Shown piece after piece: positions 10,999-21,352 of a DNA stretch of 64,000 nt. The notes below the pieces were generated by a model. The model was not told the DNA's origin. It did no database searches and worked only from the letters and a program-made list of their open reading frames with translations. The position numbers and the translations under genes are program-made. The stretch's first letter is position 1; every line of letters begins with the position of its first letter. Origin of the DNA: Candidatus Bathyarchaeota archaeon (lineage in GTDB: Archaea; Thermoproteota; Bathyarchaeia; Bathyarchaeales; Bathycorpusculaceae); the NCBI GenBank assembly GCA_963780185.1, contig CAWABA010000006.1, forward strand, positions 256,001 to 320,000, read 5' to 3'.

Positions 10999-11790
10999 TT
11001 GATGGGCGTAGATTTCGAATCCTTTCAAGATGTTCTCAAACATCCAATCCGCAAAAAAATCATCTTGGCGTTAGGCGAAAATCAGCCTCTTTCTTATATG
11101 GATTTGATGCGAATCGTAGACGCCAGGAATACGGGCAAGTTCAATTACCACCTTAAAGTCCTCGCTGACCTCATAGAAAAAGACCAAAACGGCAAATACC
11201 AGTTAACAGAAAAGGGACGTTTGGCAGCACAGTTTCTGCAGACGTTCAAGGAAAAAACCCTGGAACCCACACCGCTGAAGATGGCGGACGCAACGCTCAT
11301 TGGGTTTGCGGGTTTTGTTGTGACATTGATTAACCCGTTTTTGTGGATTTTCATTTTTTTCGCCGAGGACAAATCCCAGTCGATTCCTTTGTTTGAGTCT
11401 CTGGTGGCTTTGAGCATAGTTTTCATGTGGATTGTGCCGGGTGCGTTAATGTGGCGTCTAACAGTGAAGCGGTCGCATTCGCACGACGCTTATGACTTGT
11501 TCAAGTCTCCTTTTCTTGCGATGGTAATGCTGATTCTGCTGCTTGTAACGATGGTTGTTCTTAACGTAAATATCGGGGCAACCGCGCAAGTTCAAATTGG
11601 GCACGTAATAAAATCAGGAACCACCACCCTTCCAAATGGCGGAACAGCCAGCTGGGGAGAAAACGATTATACTTCACTTGGGTTGAACCTATACATTTTT
11701 GTCGGTGAAGGATTAATTTTTTCTTTTGTCGGTGCGGCTCTTTCAGAGTTGGCTAGTCGAATCAGGAAAAGAATTGCATTTAAACGCTGA
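10999..11790 (+). CDS. ArsR-like winged-helix protein with four C-terminal TM helices
   Basis: LKHPIRKKIILAL...GKFNYHLKVL...YQLTEKG followed by hydrophobic segments. Confidence 0.85.
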   Translation: MMGVDFESFQDVLKHPIRKKIILALGENQPLSYMDLMRIVDARNTGKFNYHLKVLADLIEKDQNGKYQLTEKGRLAAQFLQTFKEKTLEPTPLKMADATLIGFAGFVVTLINPFLWIFIFFAEDKSQSIPLFESLVALSIVFMWIVPGALMWRLTVKRSHSHDAYDLFKSPFLAMVMLILLLVTMVVLNVNIGATAQVQIGHVIKSGTTTLPNGGTASWGENDYTSLGLNLYIFVGEGLIFSFVGAALSELASRIRKRIAFKR

Positions 11791-11872
11791 ACACACTTGG
11801 TGAAAGCAGAAAGGAAATTGCCCACTCTATTTTTTTACATTTTTGTCGCGAATAAAGTTTACGGGCTTTGAT

Positions 11873-14800
11873 TTATGGACTGTTGTTTGCTTCCAGAGGC
11901 AAATCTATGGTGAATTTTGTTCCGTTTCCTTCTTGGCTTACAAAGCTGACTTTGCCGTTTAATCCTTCAACGAGGCGTTTAACAACAGCTAAACCTAAGC
12001 CTTGACCTTTCGATTTAGTGGTGAACAGAGGCTTAAACAAGTTAGGCTTGACTTCTTCAGGAATCCCCACGCCCGTGTCTTCAACACTTATAGATAATCT
12101 GTCACTATTTGCAACTGCTTTAATCGTCAGTGTGCCGCCGTTCGGCATGGCTTGCATTGCGTTAACGATGAGGTTGGTTAAGACTCGTTTCACATACGAG
12201 GAGTCAGCTTTGAGAACCAAGTTTTCGTCAATATTTATTTGTGTCAATATGTTTTTCGGAATGTTTGTTTTTGCAAGTATGATTTTGATTAGTTCGCTAA
12301 AGTTGATTTCTTGAATGGTTGGTCTTATTGGTCTCGTATAATCTTGTAAGTCGCTGACTATCTTGTCAATATAAACGATGTTTTGCCCAATTGACTCAAG
12401 GCTTTCTTCCATAGCCTCCCTGCTTTTGCCCTGAGGCATGGCTTTTAACTCATCATTTATCAAGTACAAGTCGCTCGTAATGGCCTGCAAGGGGTTACGG
12501 ATATCGTGACCGACCATTCCCGCTGTCTCACCGATGTTGGCCAGACGCTGGTATCTTCTTAGGTCGTCTATGTCTAGGAAGGATATGATGGCGCCAGAGA
12601 TCCTATCATCCTGTGTGATGTAGGGTCGTATGCGCATGTCGTAAAAGCGGCCTTTTGCATCACGGACTTCTTTGGTAACTGGGTGAAGTTTGGATATCAC
12701 TTCTGAGATTTCTTTCTCCAGGTTTTCAATGTTTATTCCCAGCTTGATATTTGGCAGGGGCAGCCCGATTTCGGATGCCGAGACGTTCAGAATAGTCTGT
12801 GCTGAAGGCGAGAACAATCTAATCCTTAAGTTTTTGTCAACCATTATGACGGCGGGGTCCACGTTTCTGTTTAAATTTGCCAGGTCATCGTTTACTTCTG
12901 CGAGTGTTTGGTTTCGGTTCTTCAGCTCGTCATTTAACGTTTTTAGTTCCTCGTTGCTTGACTGAAGCTCTTCCTTCGCCGTTTCCAACTCTTCGTTTGT
13001 GCTCTGCAGCTCCTCGTTGCTTGACTGCGCTTCCTCCATTGTAGTTCTCAACTCTTCGTTTGTCGCCTCCTGAGTTTCAATAATTCTTTGCAACGTCTGC
13101 TTTGTCGAATCTAATTCTTCTCTGAGCTCTCGATTTTGGCGTTCTTTGGCGGTTTCTTGACCTTCAGAAATATAGGATGATTCCATCGTTTGACGAAGAA
13201 ACTTCGCTGCTGAACTGACATCTTCAAAAAGCAGCAGGAAAAAAGGTTCATCATACTGCGGCGCACGAAGCGGAACTACCTGAATATTGATTGTTTTCCG
13301 TTCTCCAGCATAGTCAAACTGCACCGCATTTTCCTTGACAGGTTTGTTTTCTTTTCTTGCCCGGTAAATAACCGACGTTATCTCGGGTCTCAACTCTTTG
13401 CGAATGATCTTAGTCAAGTTTAAACTTGCTAATCCCGATTCAGGGGAAATGTAGTGTGAAACGTTTCCTCGGAAAACCAGAACATCCAAATCGTTGTTGA
13501 CAAGCAAGGAGGCGGGGACGTATTCGGTGATTAGTAAACGATCAACTTCGTCGCGTAACACCGAAAGCGCGTCTTTCTTCTCGACGCTTTTCTCGCTTTT
13601 AAGGCTTGAAAAAGAAGCTGAGGTTTGCAAGCCGAAGGGAATGCTGGGTTGGGCTCGTTTCTTAATGTAAATAACGCCTCGTTTATTCACCGAGTCAAAG
13701 AGGCTGGTGAATTGTCCGATGCTTTCGGATGCTCCGAGGACAAGGAATCCGCCAAGCTTCAGAGCGTAATGCAGGGTATGGATTATTCTTTCGTGGAGAT
13801 ACTCGTCGAAGTATATGAGCATGTTGCGGCAGCTGGCAAGGTCCAAGTTGGAGAATGGCGGGTCTGCTGTTATGTCTTGCTTGGCAAAAACGCACATGTC
13901 ACGGATAGGTTTGGCAATTTGAAAGTACCCGTTATTGACGATGAAGAACCGTCTCAGCCGATTTTCGCCCACGTCGTTTTCGATGGTTTTCGGGTAGATA
14001 CCTTGCCGCGCCTTCTCCACGTTTCTTTCGTTAACGTCTGTACCGAAAATTTGAACCTGAAAATTCAGTGAATTTTCATCTAAGTATTCTTGAATTGCTA
14101 TGGCGAATGAGTAGGCTTCTTCGCCGGTTGAGCAGCCTGGAACCCAAACCCTAATAGGATCTTTAGAAGAACGTTTCTTCAAAAGCTCAGGAAAAACGTT
14201 TTCCTTCAAGACTGCAAAAGTCTCTGGTTCCCTAAAGAAACTAGTGACGCCGATTAACATGTCGTTAAATAATGCTTCCAACTCGTTCGGGTGATTCCTC
14301 AAAAACTCCACGTAATCCGCCATTTTCTCCATGTTGTTAATTACCATTCGACGGTTGACACGCCGATTCACAACTGTTTCCTTGTAATGCGAGAAATCAA
14401 CGTTAAACGCGGCTTTTAGCATGGAAAAAACTGCGGCTAAACCTGTTTCTTTCTTTGTAGCGGCACCTTTTGTTTCCGCCCCTTCTTTCGCTTCAATTTC
14501 CGTGAGCACAAGCTGCGGGTTCTTAGAGATTATTGGCAGTTTCTCAGCAATTTTGTCAGGAGGCAAAACGAAATCCGCCGCATCCGCTGAAATGGCGCTC
14601 TGAGGCATAGCTGGGTACTGAGCGGACTCTGGACTTTGCGCAAAAGTGATTCCTCCAAACGCTTTGATGGCTTTTAACCCCTCGGTTCCGTCGGAACCTG
14701 TTCCTGAAAGGATGATTCCGATGCTTCGAGTTTTCAAGTCTTCAGCAAGAGAAGCAAAAAAGGCGTCTATCGGCTTTGTCGTCTTGCCTTTTAGGTTGAG

Positions 14801-15139
14801 CTTAAGGATCTTGTTGCCCATGGTCATGGTTGTTCCCGGGGGAATCACATAAACATGGTTTGGTTTGGGCTGTGTTTTGTCTTCTACTGTTTGAACAGGC
14901 ATGGTGGTGAATCTTGCAAGAATTTCTGTTAACATGCTTTCTTGGCCAGCAGCCAGATGCTGGATGATAACGAAAGATAAGCCTGTGTCGGCAGGCAAGC
15001 ATTCGAGTAATGCTTTGAACGCTTCTAATCCGCCTGCGGAGGCACCGATCCCCACGGTTACAACTGATTTTCCAACTTTGGATGGTGAAGAAGTGCTTTT
15101 CTTCAGGTTCTTGCTTTCTTTAGATATTTTCGTTAATAT
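11873..15139 (-). CDS. CheB methylesterase-CheR methyltransferase-coiled coil-PAS-histidine kinase fusion
   Basis: GASAGG, QHL, SGTGSDG (CheB); GVTSFFR, GCSTGEEAYS, CRN (CheR); EELQSTNEEL repeats; HDIRNPL and GQGLGL (HisKA/HATPase). Frame is open to an ATA at 15139; first GTG at 15055. Confidence 0.95.
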   Translation of the reverse strand: MLTKISKESKNLKKSTSSPSKVGKSVVTVGIGASAGGLEAFKALLECLPADTGLSFVIIQHLAAGQESMLTEILARFTTMPVQTVEDKTQPKPNHVYVIPPGTTMTMGNKILKLNLKGKTTKPIDAFFASLAEDLKTRSIGIILSGTGSDGTEGLKAIKAFGGITFAQSPESAQYPAMPQSAISADAADFVLPPDKIAEKLPIISKNPQLVLTEIEAKEGAETKGAATKKETGLAAVFSMLKAAFNVDFSHYKETVVNRRVNRRMVINNMEKMADYVEFLRNHPNELEALFNDMLIGVTSFFREPETFAVLKENVFPELLKKRSSKDPIRVWVPGCSTGEEAYSFAIAIQEYLDENSLNFQVQIFGTDVNERNVEKARQGIYPKTIENDVGENRLRRFFIVNNGYFQIAKPIRDMCVFAKQDITADPPFSNLDLASCRNMLIYFDEYLHERIIHTLHYALKLGGFLVLGASESIGQFTSLFDSVNKRGVIYIKKRAQPSIPFGLQTSASFSSLKSEKSVEKKDALSVLRDEVDRLLITEYVPASLLVNNDLDVLVFRGNVSHYISPESGLASLNLTKIIRKELRPEITSVIYRARKENKPVKENAVQFDYAGERKTINIQVVPLRAPQYDEPFFLLLFEDVSSAAKFLRQTMESSYISEGQETAKERQNRELREELDSTKQTLQRIIETQEATNEELRTTMEEAQSSNEELQSTNEELETAKEELQSSNEELKTLNDELKNRNQTLAEVNDDLANLNRNVDPAVIMVDKNLRIRLFSPSAQTILNVSASEIGLPLPNIKLGINIENLEKEISEVISKLHPVTKEVRDAKGRFYDMRIRPYITQDDRISGAIISFLDIDDLRRYQRLANIGETAGMVGHDIRNPLQAITSDLYLINDELKAMPQGKSREAMEESLESIGQNIVYIDKIVSDLQDYTRPIRPTIQEINFSELIKIILAKTNIPKNILTQINIDENLVLKADSSYVKRVLTNLIVNAMQAMPNGGTLTIKAVANSDRLSISVEDTGVGIPEEVKPNLFKPLFTTKSKGQGLGLAVVKRLVEGLNGKVSFVSQEGNGTKFTIDLPLEANNSP

Positions 15140-15380
15140 TCAACTCCAAAAAAGGCAAAGTGATTAACTTTTATTGCACCCTGTTACTTCTCAGGCTATT
15201 TCTTAGTGCGTTCAGCATATTAATTTATTCTTTTAAAAATATGAAAAGAGCTGAACAAAATCTTCATCAACTCACCCATTGCGTTTTTCTCATAAAGCCT
15301 AATGGCTCTCCAGAGAAACTGGAGTTCAAAGCTTAAATGGCACATTCTGCATTTTCACTTTCCCAAGAAGGCAACAAGAA

Positions 15381-16265
15381 TTGGTTAACGAGAAAATATG
15401 CGAGGGAGACTACGTTCTCATTTACTTGGATGCACGCAGAACCTACATGATTAGGATGCAGGCTGGGCAAACGTTTCACACCCACAAAGGCTACCTCAAG
15501 CTTGACGAGTTAATCGGGAAAGAATACGGCGAGCCAATCAAAAGCAGCCTAGGCATCTACTTCACCACACTAAAGCCAGCGTTGACGGATTACATTATGA
15601 AGTCTTCACGCAACACGCAGATCATCTACCCCAAAGACGCCGCCTTAATTGTAATGTTCAGCGGGATCGGACCCGGAAGCCGCGTCGTCGAATCAGGAAC
15701 GGGAACAGGCTCCTTAACCACAGCGCTTGCCCACTACGTTGGTCCAACAGGCAAAGTCTACACTTACGAGTTGCGCAACGAATTCCAGAAGAACGCAGCA
15801 AAAAACCTCGAACGCTCAAAACTCATCAGCCACGTCGAAATGAAAAGCGGCGACGTAACCCTGGGCATCGAGGAACGGGAAGTAGACGCGGTGATTTTGG
15901 ATTTAGCGGTTCCATGGCTCGTTGTCCCCCACGCGTACGAAGCCCTGAGACCGTCAGGCATACTTGTTTCCTTCAGCCCAACAATTGACCAAGTCGTCAA
16001 AACAACTGAGGCGCTAAAAGAGAACGGGTTTGTTTTCATCGAAACCGTAGAATGCCTGATGCGGGCCATGCAGGTTGAACGAGGAAAAACCCGACCTCAA
16101 ACACTCATGACTGGACACACAGGCTACATAACCCACGCGCGGAAAATCCTTAAAATGCCAACTCAACCAGCCTTAGAGCAGCCTCAAAGCGAAGCGGAGA
16201 AGCAGGAGCCAACCGCGGAGGCAGAAGAGCCGCCTATGATTAACTTGAGCTTTTCTTACCCTTAG
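15381..16265 (+). CDS. trmI: tRNA (adenine57/58-N1)-methyltransferase
   Basis: TQIIYPKD, ESGTGTGSLT, LDLAVPW and GHTGY motifs. Confidence 0.95.
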   Translation: MVNEKICEGDYVLIYLDARRTYMIRMQAGQTFHTHKGYLKLDELIGKEYGEPIKSSLGIYFTTLKPALTDYIMKSSRNTQIIYPKDAALIVMFSGIGPGSRVVESGTGTGSLTTALAHYVGPTGKVYTYELRNEFQKNAAKNLERSKLISHVEMKSGDVTLGIEEREVDAVILDLAVPWLVVPHAYEALRPSGILVSFSPTIDQVVKTTEALKENGFVFIETVECLMRAMQVERGKTRPQTLMTGHTGYITHARKILKMPTQPALEQPQSEAEKQEPTAEAEEPPMINLSFSYP

Positions 16266-17889
16266 GTCCTCTGACTGTGGCTGACTCATACATGCTAAGC
16301 GTCCACAGCGCTTGTTTTAGTTGTTCGCCTCTTGTTAAGCCAAAGTAGAAGCCTGCGATTCTTCCAGCGTACGGGATGATAATGTGGTCAACCGCTTTGT
16401 AAAGGAATGGGTTTCGGATGCGGTTTTCGAGGAAGGTTGGTTTCCAAATTTTAACGTTGTATTCCCAGCATTTGATGAAGAAGTCCCATCGTACCTGCGA
16501 GAGCGAGTCAAGCTCTGCGCCTTTCTTGTTCATCAGCACGCAGTTCTCCAGCGGAACGAAGAATAGGGGCACGTAAAACGCGTTGTAATCCTTGAGTTTA
16601 TCCATCAACTCAAGCGTCTGCAGGACATCTTCTTCTTTCTCGTCGGGCAAACCAATAATCAAAGTTGCAAGCGGATACCAATTATTATCGTTCAAGATGC
16701 CGAAAGCGCCCTCAACAATCTCCTGCCACTGCTCAGGCTTGTACGGCAACATTTTGCCACCCATGTACTTTTTCATTAACCTTGGGCTGCCGGTCTCAAT
16801 CCCGGTTTCAGCGGTGATAATTGCTTTTTTGCCAAACGAGTACCAGCTACGGTCAATCAATATCTCGGCAAGTTCCTTAATCATCTGCGGGTTATTGACC
16901 GCTGGCGCCAGAGACATGTGGGATGCCTGAATGCTTTTGACGCCTGGGTATTTGGCAACGTTTTTAACCAGGTTTACTACGGCGTCTTTGTTTGGCACAA
17001 AACTTTTGTCTGCGCCGTAAAGGAACAGGTCTTCGGTGACGAGGGTTATGTGGTTGCTGCCTTCAGCCGTGGTCAGGGCGACTTCATGCATGATTTTTTC
17101 AAGCGGCACATCAATCTTGTGCTGCATAGTGGGCGTACAGAACTGGCAGTTTCTTCCACAACCTTTTGAAATTTCTACGGCGCCATGGATACCTGCATGT
17201 TTAGTTAACGGCATGATGGCGTTGTAGTCCCAGTTGCTGATTGATTCGTCAGCTTTTACGATGCGTGGAAGAGGCTGGTCGTTTACTGCCTTCTTGAAAA
17301 TGTCAAGGATCGGTTCGGGTCTTCCGCCGAGAAGCACGCAGTCAACACCGTAGCTGTCCATTACATGTTTGCGTTCCAGCTGCCAAGCGCCAAAGCCGCC
17401 GACGATTATTTTCGGCTTGTACTTTTTGATGCTGGGGTGTGTTACGAGTTTTTGGAATTCAACGGCGTTCATGGGTTCGCCGCCGCCGATTACTGACGAG
17501 TAGGTTTTGCTTACGTAGCCCATGCCTGTGGGATCCATCGAGGATATGCCGACAACTTTGGTTTCTGGGCCGACAAAGTCTTCTAAATCGTCAGGGTGAA
17601 CTACACATACCTCTTTAGCTGTGAACCCGCTTTCCAAAAGGATAGCTTCAACTTTTCTTAAGCCGTAAGGCGCGAATCTTGCCCTGCCGTCTGGTCTGCG
17701 GTCAACTGGAGGATACAAGGTTTTTCTGACAAGTGAGAGCGGGAATGGACCTCTTGCGAAGCCTGCGGTGAACGCTATAAATGGATTATTGTAGAAGTCG
17801 CTCATTTCTGTAGACGACGCCGTAAGAACAATTTTTACCCCTGAACCTGAAGCCAACACTCTCTCTCCTAACCGAATAGCATACAACAA
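16240..17889 (-). CDS. B12-binding radical SAM protein, Grs/Gms-like family
   Basis: CGRNCQFC; KIVLTA...APYGLRKVEA...KVVGISSMDP...IIVGGFGAWQL; GIETGS. Confidence 0.85.
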   Translation of the reverse strand: MLYAIRLGERVLASGSGVKIVLTASSTEMSDFYNNPFIAFTAGFARGPFPLSLVRKTLYPPVDRRPDGRARFAPYGLRKVEAILLESGFTAKEVCVVHPDDLEDFVGPETKVVGISSMDPTGMGYVSKTYSSVIGGGEPMNAVEFQKLVTHPSIKKYKPKIIVGGFGAWQLERKHVMDSYGVDCVLLGGRPEPILDIFKKAVNDQPLPRIVKADESISNWDYNAIMPLTKHAGIHGAVEISKGCGRNCQFCTPTMQHKIDVPLEKIMHEVALTTAEGSNHITLVTEDLFLYGADKSFVPNKDAVVNLVKNVAKYPGVKSIQASHMSLAPAVNNPQMIKELAEILIDRSWYSFGKKAIITAETGIETGSPRLMKKYMGGKMLPYKPEQWQEIVEGAFGILNDNNWYPLATLIIGLPDEKEEDVLQTLELMDKLKDYNAFYVPLFFVPLENCVLMNKKGAELDSLSQVRWDFFIKCWEYNVKIWKPTFLENRIRNPFLYKAVDHIIIPYAGRIAGFYFGLTRGEQLKQALWTLSMYESATVRGPKGKKSSS

Positions 17890-18077
17890 TAGCCCATAGC
17901 CCTTAAAAGAATTACTATCGATTATGCGCTAAACCCCTTAGACTGAAGCGAAAAGCGACGCAGGGTAGACGCTCTAAACTGAAAGTGCTTTTTGCGGCTT
18001 TTTTCGGTTTCTACGTTAGTTTGCGCAAGACTTAAAGCCCTATACATGCAAAAGTTGGAAGCAAGGCGTCTCTCGCT

Positions 18078-18308
18078 ATGGGCAAATACAGTTGGAAACA
18101 GAACTCAAACGTATTCTTTGCTTTAGTTGTAGCGTCGGTTATTCTTTGCGCTTTTTTTTAATCTGCGGCCATGACGGTTGTTGTGGGTGCGCAGCCTCTG
18201 GGTTTAGCGGTAATGAAGTCAGCTCCATTTGCCTTTTTGATTTTCGGCATAGCAGCCGTCATAACTATGGCTGTCTTGGTGTCATACTACTTCAGACGAA
18301 ACCGCTGA
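18078..18308 (+). CDS. Small two-TM membrane protein (frameshift at a T-run near 18155)
   Basis: MGKYSWKQNSNVFFALVVASVILCAFF / SAAMTVVVGAQPLG...LVSYYFRRNR*. Confidence 0.55.
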
Positions 18309-18681
18309 TCTTCAGGTGAATAAATTATATGGTAACCAACCATACAAAGTATTCACCCTTCGCCGTCTGGGTAACTCTGAGCTATCATCTGGTATCTAGC
18401 TAATGCCTTCTCATCATCCGGCAACAACTAATTGGCTTCAACGCAGATAAAAGCATATACATTGCCTGAAGATGGGCTGTAGGGTCAATTTGTTGGTGTT
18501 TTGAATTTCTTGTTGCTTGGCTGATTGTGGTCTCTATGAGCTTTGTGGGCTGTTTGGTTTACAGTATGAAGTATTGCGATGTCCATAATCGATATATGAC
18601 GTCGCATGAAACACGATTTATATGCGTTTTCAGGGTTCTGTTGTTTCACTCAAAGAAAGAACTCACAGGTGAAAAACAAAA

Positions 18682-19059
18682 ATGAAAACAATCAAAAAAG
18701 TCTCATTAATAATTGCCTTAGTAATCTGTTTTGCAGTTGTCTGCTCTACAGTTTATGCAACATTCTACGTAGCAAGTGCTGCTACCTCAGCAGCGACGGT
18801 AACTTATTCAGTTAGCATGACCGAAGTACGAGGGTTCAACCCAACCTTCGCGTTGTCTGCACAAGTTGTTGACTCCAGCTCAGACGGCAGCTCCTGCATA
18901 ACCAACGTTCCAGTAACCTTCCAAGTGAGCGCCAACGGCGGCGCATGGACCACCATAAACACTTCCCACACCAACTCCGCAGGAATCGCAACATCATCAT
19001 ATTCAATACAATCAAACGGCGAAACAGACCAGTTCCAAGCACTAATCGGCATCCCATAA
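18682..19059 (+). CDS. Small secreted Ig-like (Big_1-type) protein
   Basis: Signal peptide; NVPVTF...TNSAGIAT beta-rich pattern. Confidence 0.7.
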   Translation: MKTIKKVSLIIALVICFAVVCSTVYATFYVASAATSAATVTYSVSMTEVRGFNPTFALSAQVVDSSSDGSSCITNVPVTFQVSANGGAWTTINTSHTNSAGIATSSYSIQSNGETDQFQALIGIP

Positions 19060-19172
19060 TCAACAAAACTTCCCTTCATCTCCTTTTTGCTCCAAGCACC
19101 AGAGCCTAAACAAGGAACCCTTTTATTTTCCCCTGCAAAATGAGTTATTAGGAAGCTTGAAAAAATTGGATT

Positions 19173-19739
19173 TTGTCGGAAGCCAAACAGAAAAGAACCT
19201 TCTTAGCTGCGTTTGCAGGCGAATCACAAGCAAGGAACAAATACACGTTCTTCGCCAGCGTAGCGCGCAAAGAAGGGTATGAGCAAATCGGCGCCATCTT
19301 CGAGGAAACGGCAGGCAACGAGAAAGAGCATGCAGAACTATTCTTTAAACATCTCAAGGGCGGGATGGTTGAAATCACAGCGACTTATCCGGGAGGCGTC
19401 ATCGGTTCAACCGCTGATAACCTCAAAGCTGCAGCTGCAGGCGAGAAACTTGAGTGGGGCACACTGTACCCAGGTTTCGCGGCGGTGGCAGTTAAGGAAG
19501 GCTTCAAAGACGTTGCTGTAACCTTCAGCATGATTTCAAAAGTCGAATCTTACCATGAACGAAGATACAACAAGCTGCTTGAAAGCGTCCAACAAGGCAA
19601 AGTCTTCAAAAAAGATGCACCCATCAAATGGAAATGCAGAAACTGCGGCTACGTTTGCGAAACCAATGAAGCGCCAGAAAAATGCCCAGTATGCTTCCAT
19701 CCGAAAGCCTATTTTGAAGTTTGGGTTGAAAACTACTAA
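19173..19739 (+). CDS. rbr: Rubrerythrin
   Basis: AFAGESQARNKY, NEKEHA, EsyH; WKCRNCGY...CPVC rubredoxin domain. Confidence 0.97.
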   Translation: MSEAKQKRTFLAAFAGESQARNKYTFFASVARKEGYEQIGAIFEETAGNEKEHAELFFKHLKGGMVEITATYPGGVIGSTADNLKAAAAGEKLEWGTLYPGFAAVAVKEGFKDVAVTFSMISKVESYHERRYNKLLESVQQGKVFKKDAPIKWKCRNCGYVCETNEAPEKCPVCFHPKAYFEVWVENY

Positions 19740-19764
19740 CAACCCCTAATTTTTCTGTAATTTG

Positions 19765-20604
19765 TTACTTTAGTTTTTGCTTAGCGCTGTTTCCTATTTT
19801 TTTAGCTACAAAAACAATCGCGAGAATTGCTAAGCCCGTCAGAACGATGGTTCCTCCTGGCGCGGCATCTATGACGACTGACAAGAGTATTCCAATTGTA
19901 ACTGTTACGAGGCCAACTATTGGTGCTAAAATGACGGTTTGTTTGAAGGATTGTGTGACTTGGGTGCTTATCAATGCGGGTAGAACAAGAAGTGACGAAA
20001 TTAGTAGAACGCCTACTATGGGTATGGCTACAATTACGACTACACCTGCAAGAATGCTTAGCAGGTAATCGAACACCCATGTTTTGATTCCTGACGCACG
20101 GGCTTGGGTTTCGTCAAAAGTTATGTAAGTAAACTCTTTGAAGAACAGAAAAACTATGCTTAGAGTGATTGCTGCAATAACTGCTGCAGTTATGATTTGT
20201 TCCATATTTACTATGAGAATGCTGCCGAAAAGGAGGCTCTCAAGGTTTACTCCAAAACCTCTGAAAACACTCAACAATGTTATTCCTCCCGCAAGACCCA
20301 GCTGCAGGAAAACAGCAACGGCGGCGTCACCTGAAATTTTGGTCGAACGTAGTGCCTTGTTGATTCCGATGGACCCTAACACTACAGTGATTCCTGCAAT
20401 CCACAATGGCAAGAAGCCGACGGTGTAGCCAAGCGCCAGCCCTCCAAAAGCCGTGTGCGATAGCCCGTCTCCTATGAGCGAAATTTTCTTTAGAACGATG
20501 AAAACGCTTAGGATAGAGCTAAGAATTGCAATGATGATGGCTATTACAAAGGCGCGCTGAATGAAAGGCGCTCCAAGTAGAGACAAGATGTCAAGGATGA
20601 CCAT
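19765..20604 (-). CDS. znuB: Zn/Mn ABC transporter permease
   Basis: GDGLSHTAFGG, LFGSIL, ITFDETQARASGI motifs. Confidence 0.92.
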   Translation of the reverse strand: MVILDILSLLGAPFIQRAFVIAIIIAILSSILSVFIVLKKISLIGDGLSHTAFGGLALGYTVGFLPLWIAGITVVLGSIGINKALRSTKISGDAAVAVFLQLGLAGGITLLSVFRGFGVNLESLLFGSILIVNMEQIITAAVIAAITLSIVFLFFKEFTYITFDETQARASGIKTWVFDYLLSILAGVVVIVAIPIVGVLLISSLLVLPALISTQVTQSFKQTVILAPIVGLVTVTIGILLSVVIDAAPGGTIVLTGLAILAIVFVAKKIGNSAKQKLK

Positions 20605-21352
20605 GATGATCTATAATCTCCACTGGATGATCATACAGTTTGTGAAGTTCAGAATCTGCGTCAAAGGTTTCGTTTTCTCCGCAATAGAATTGTGATTTAT
20701 TTATGCAAAGTACTCTATTGGCTATCTTTGTTATTACGCTTATGTCATGAGAGGACAAAACTACAGTTACTCCATGCTCCTTGTTTAACAGTTCAAGTAT
20801 GTTATAGAACTCCTTTTTGGAAGCGGCATCGACTCCGCTTGTCGGCTCATCAAGCAAGAGTAATTTCGGTTCAGCAACCATGGCTTTAGCCAAAAAAACA
20901 CGTTGAGATTGCCCGCCGGAGAGTTGACCTATTTTTCTATCTTTCAATTCGTATATTCCGAACATTTTTAGAGTTTCATTTACTCTGTCCCTGTCTGCTG
21001 AATGCATGCCATGCAGTAATCCTGCAACTGGAGTTCTTCCAAGCAGAACTGTCTCATAGACGCTAAAAGGCAGGTTGGGGTCTCGGGCTTGTGCAGTTTG
21101 TGGGACATAGCCTACGTATTTGAGGTTTTTACCTAAGTCTTGGCTGCCAAAGAGCTTTACTGTACCGCTTGTTGGTTTTATTAGCCCGAGAATAACTTTT
21201 AGCAGTGTGGATTTTCCAGCCCCGTTTGGTCCAATGAGCGCTATGAGGTCATTTTTATCTATAGTGATGTCTATGTGGTCAAGAGCAAATACGCCGTTTG
21301 GGTATTTGACGCTGACATCTTGTATTTCAACGATCGATTTAGCTTCCAACAT
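20591..21352 (-). CDS. znuC: Zn/Mn ABC transporter ATPase
   Basis: GPNGAGKST, LSGGQSQR, LLLLDEPT; His-rich C-terminus. Confidence 0.92.
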   Translation of the reverse strand: MLEAKSIVEIQDVSVKYPNGVFALDHIDITIDKNDLIALIGPNGAGKSTLLKVILGLIKPTSGTVKLFGSQDLGKNLKYVGYVPQTAQARDPNLPFSVYETVLLGRTPVAGLLHGMHSADRDRVNETLKMFGIYELKDRKIGQLSGGQSQRVFLAKAMVAEPKLLLLDEPTSGVDAASKKEFYNILELLNKEHGVTVVLSSHDISVITKIANRVLCINKSQFYCGENETFDADSELHKLYDHPVEIIDHHGHP

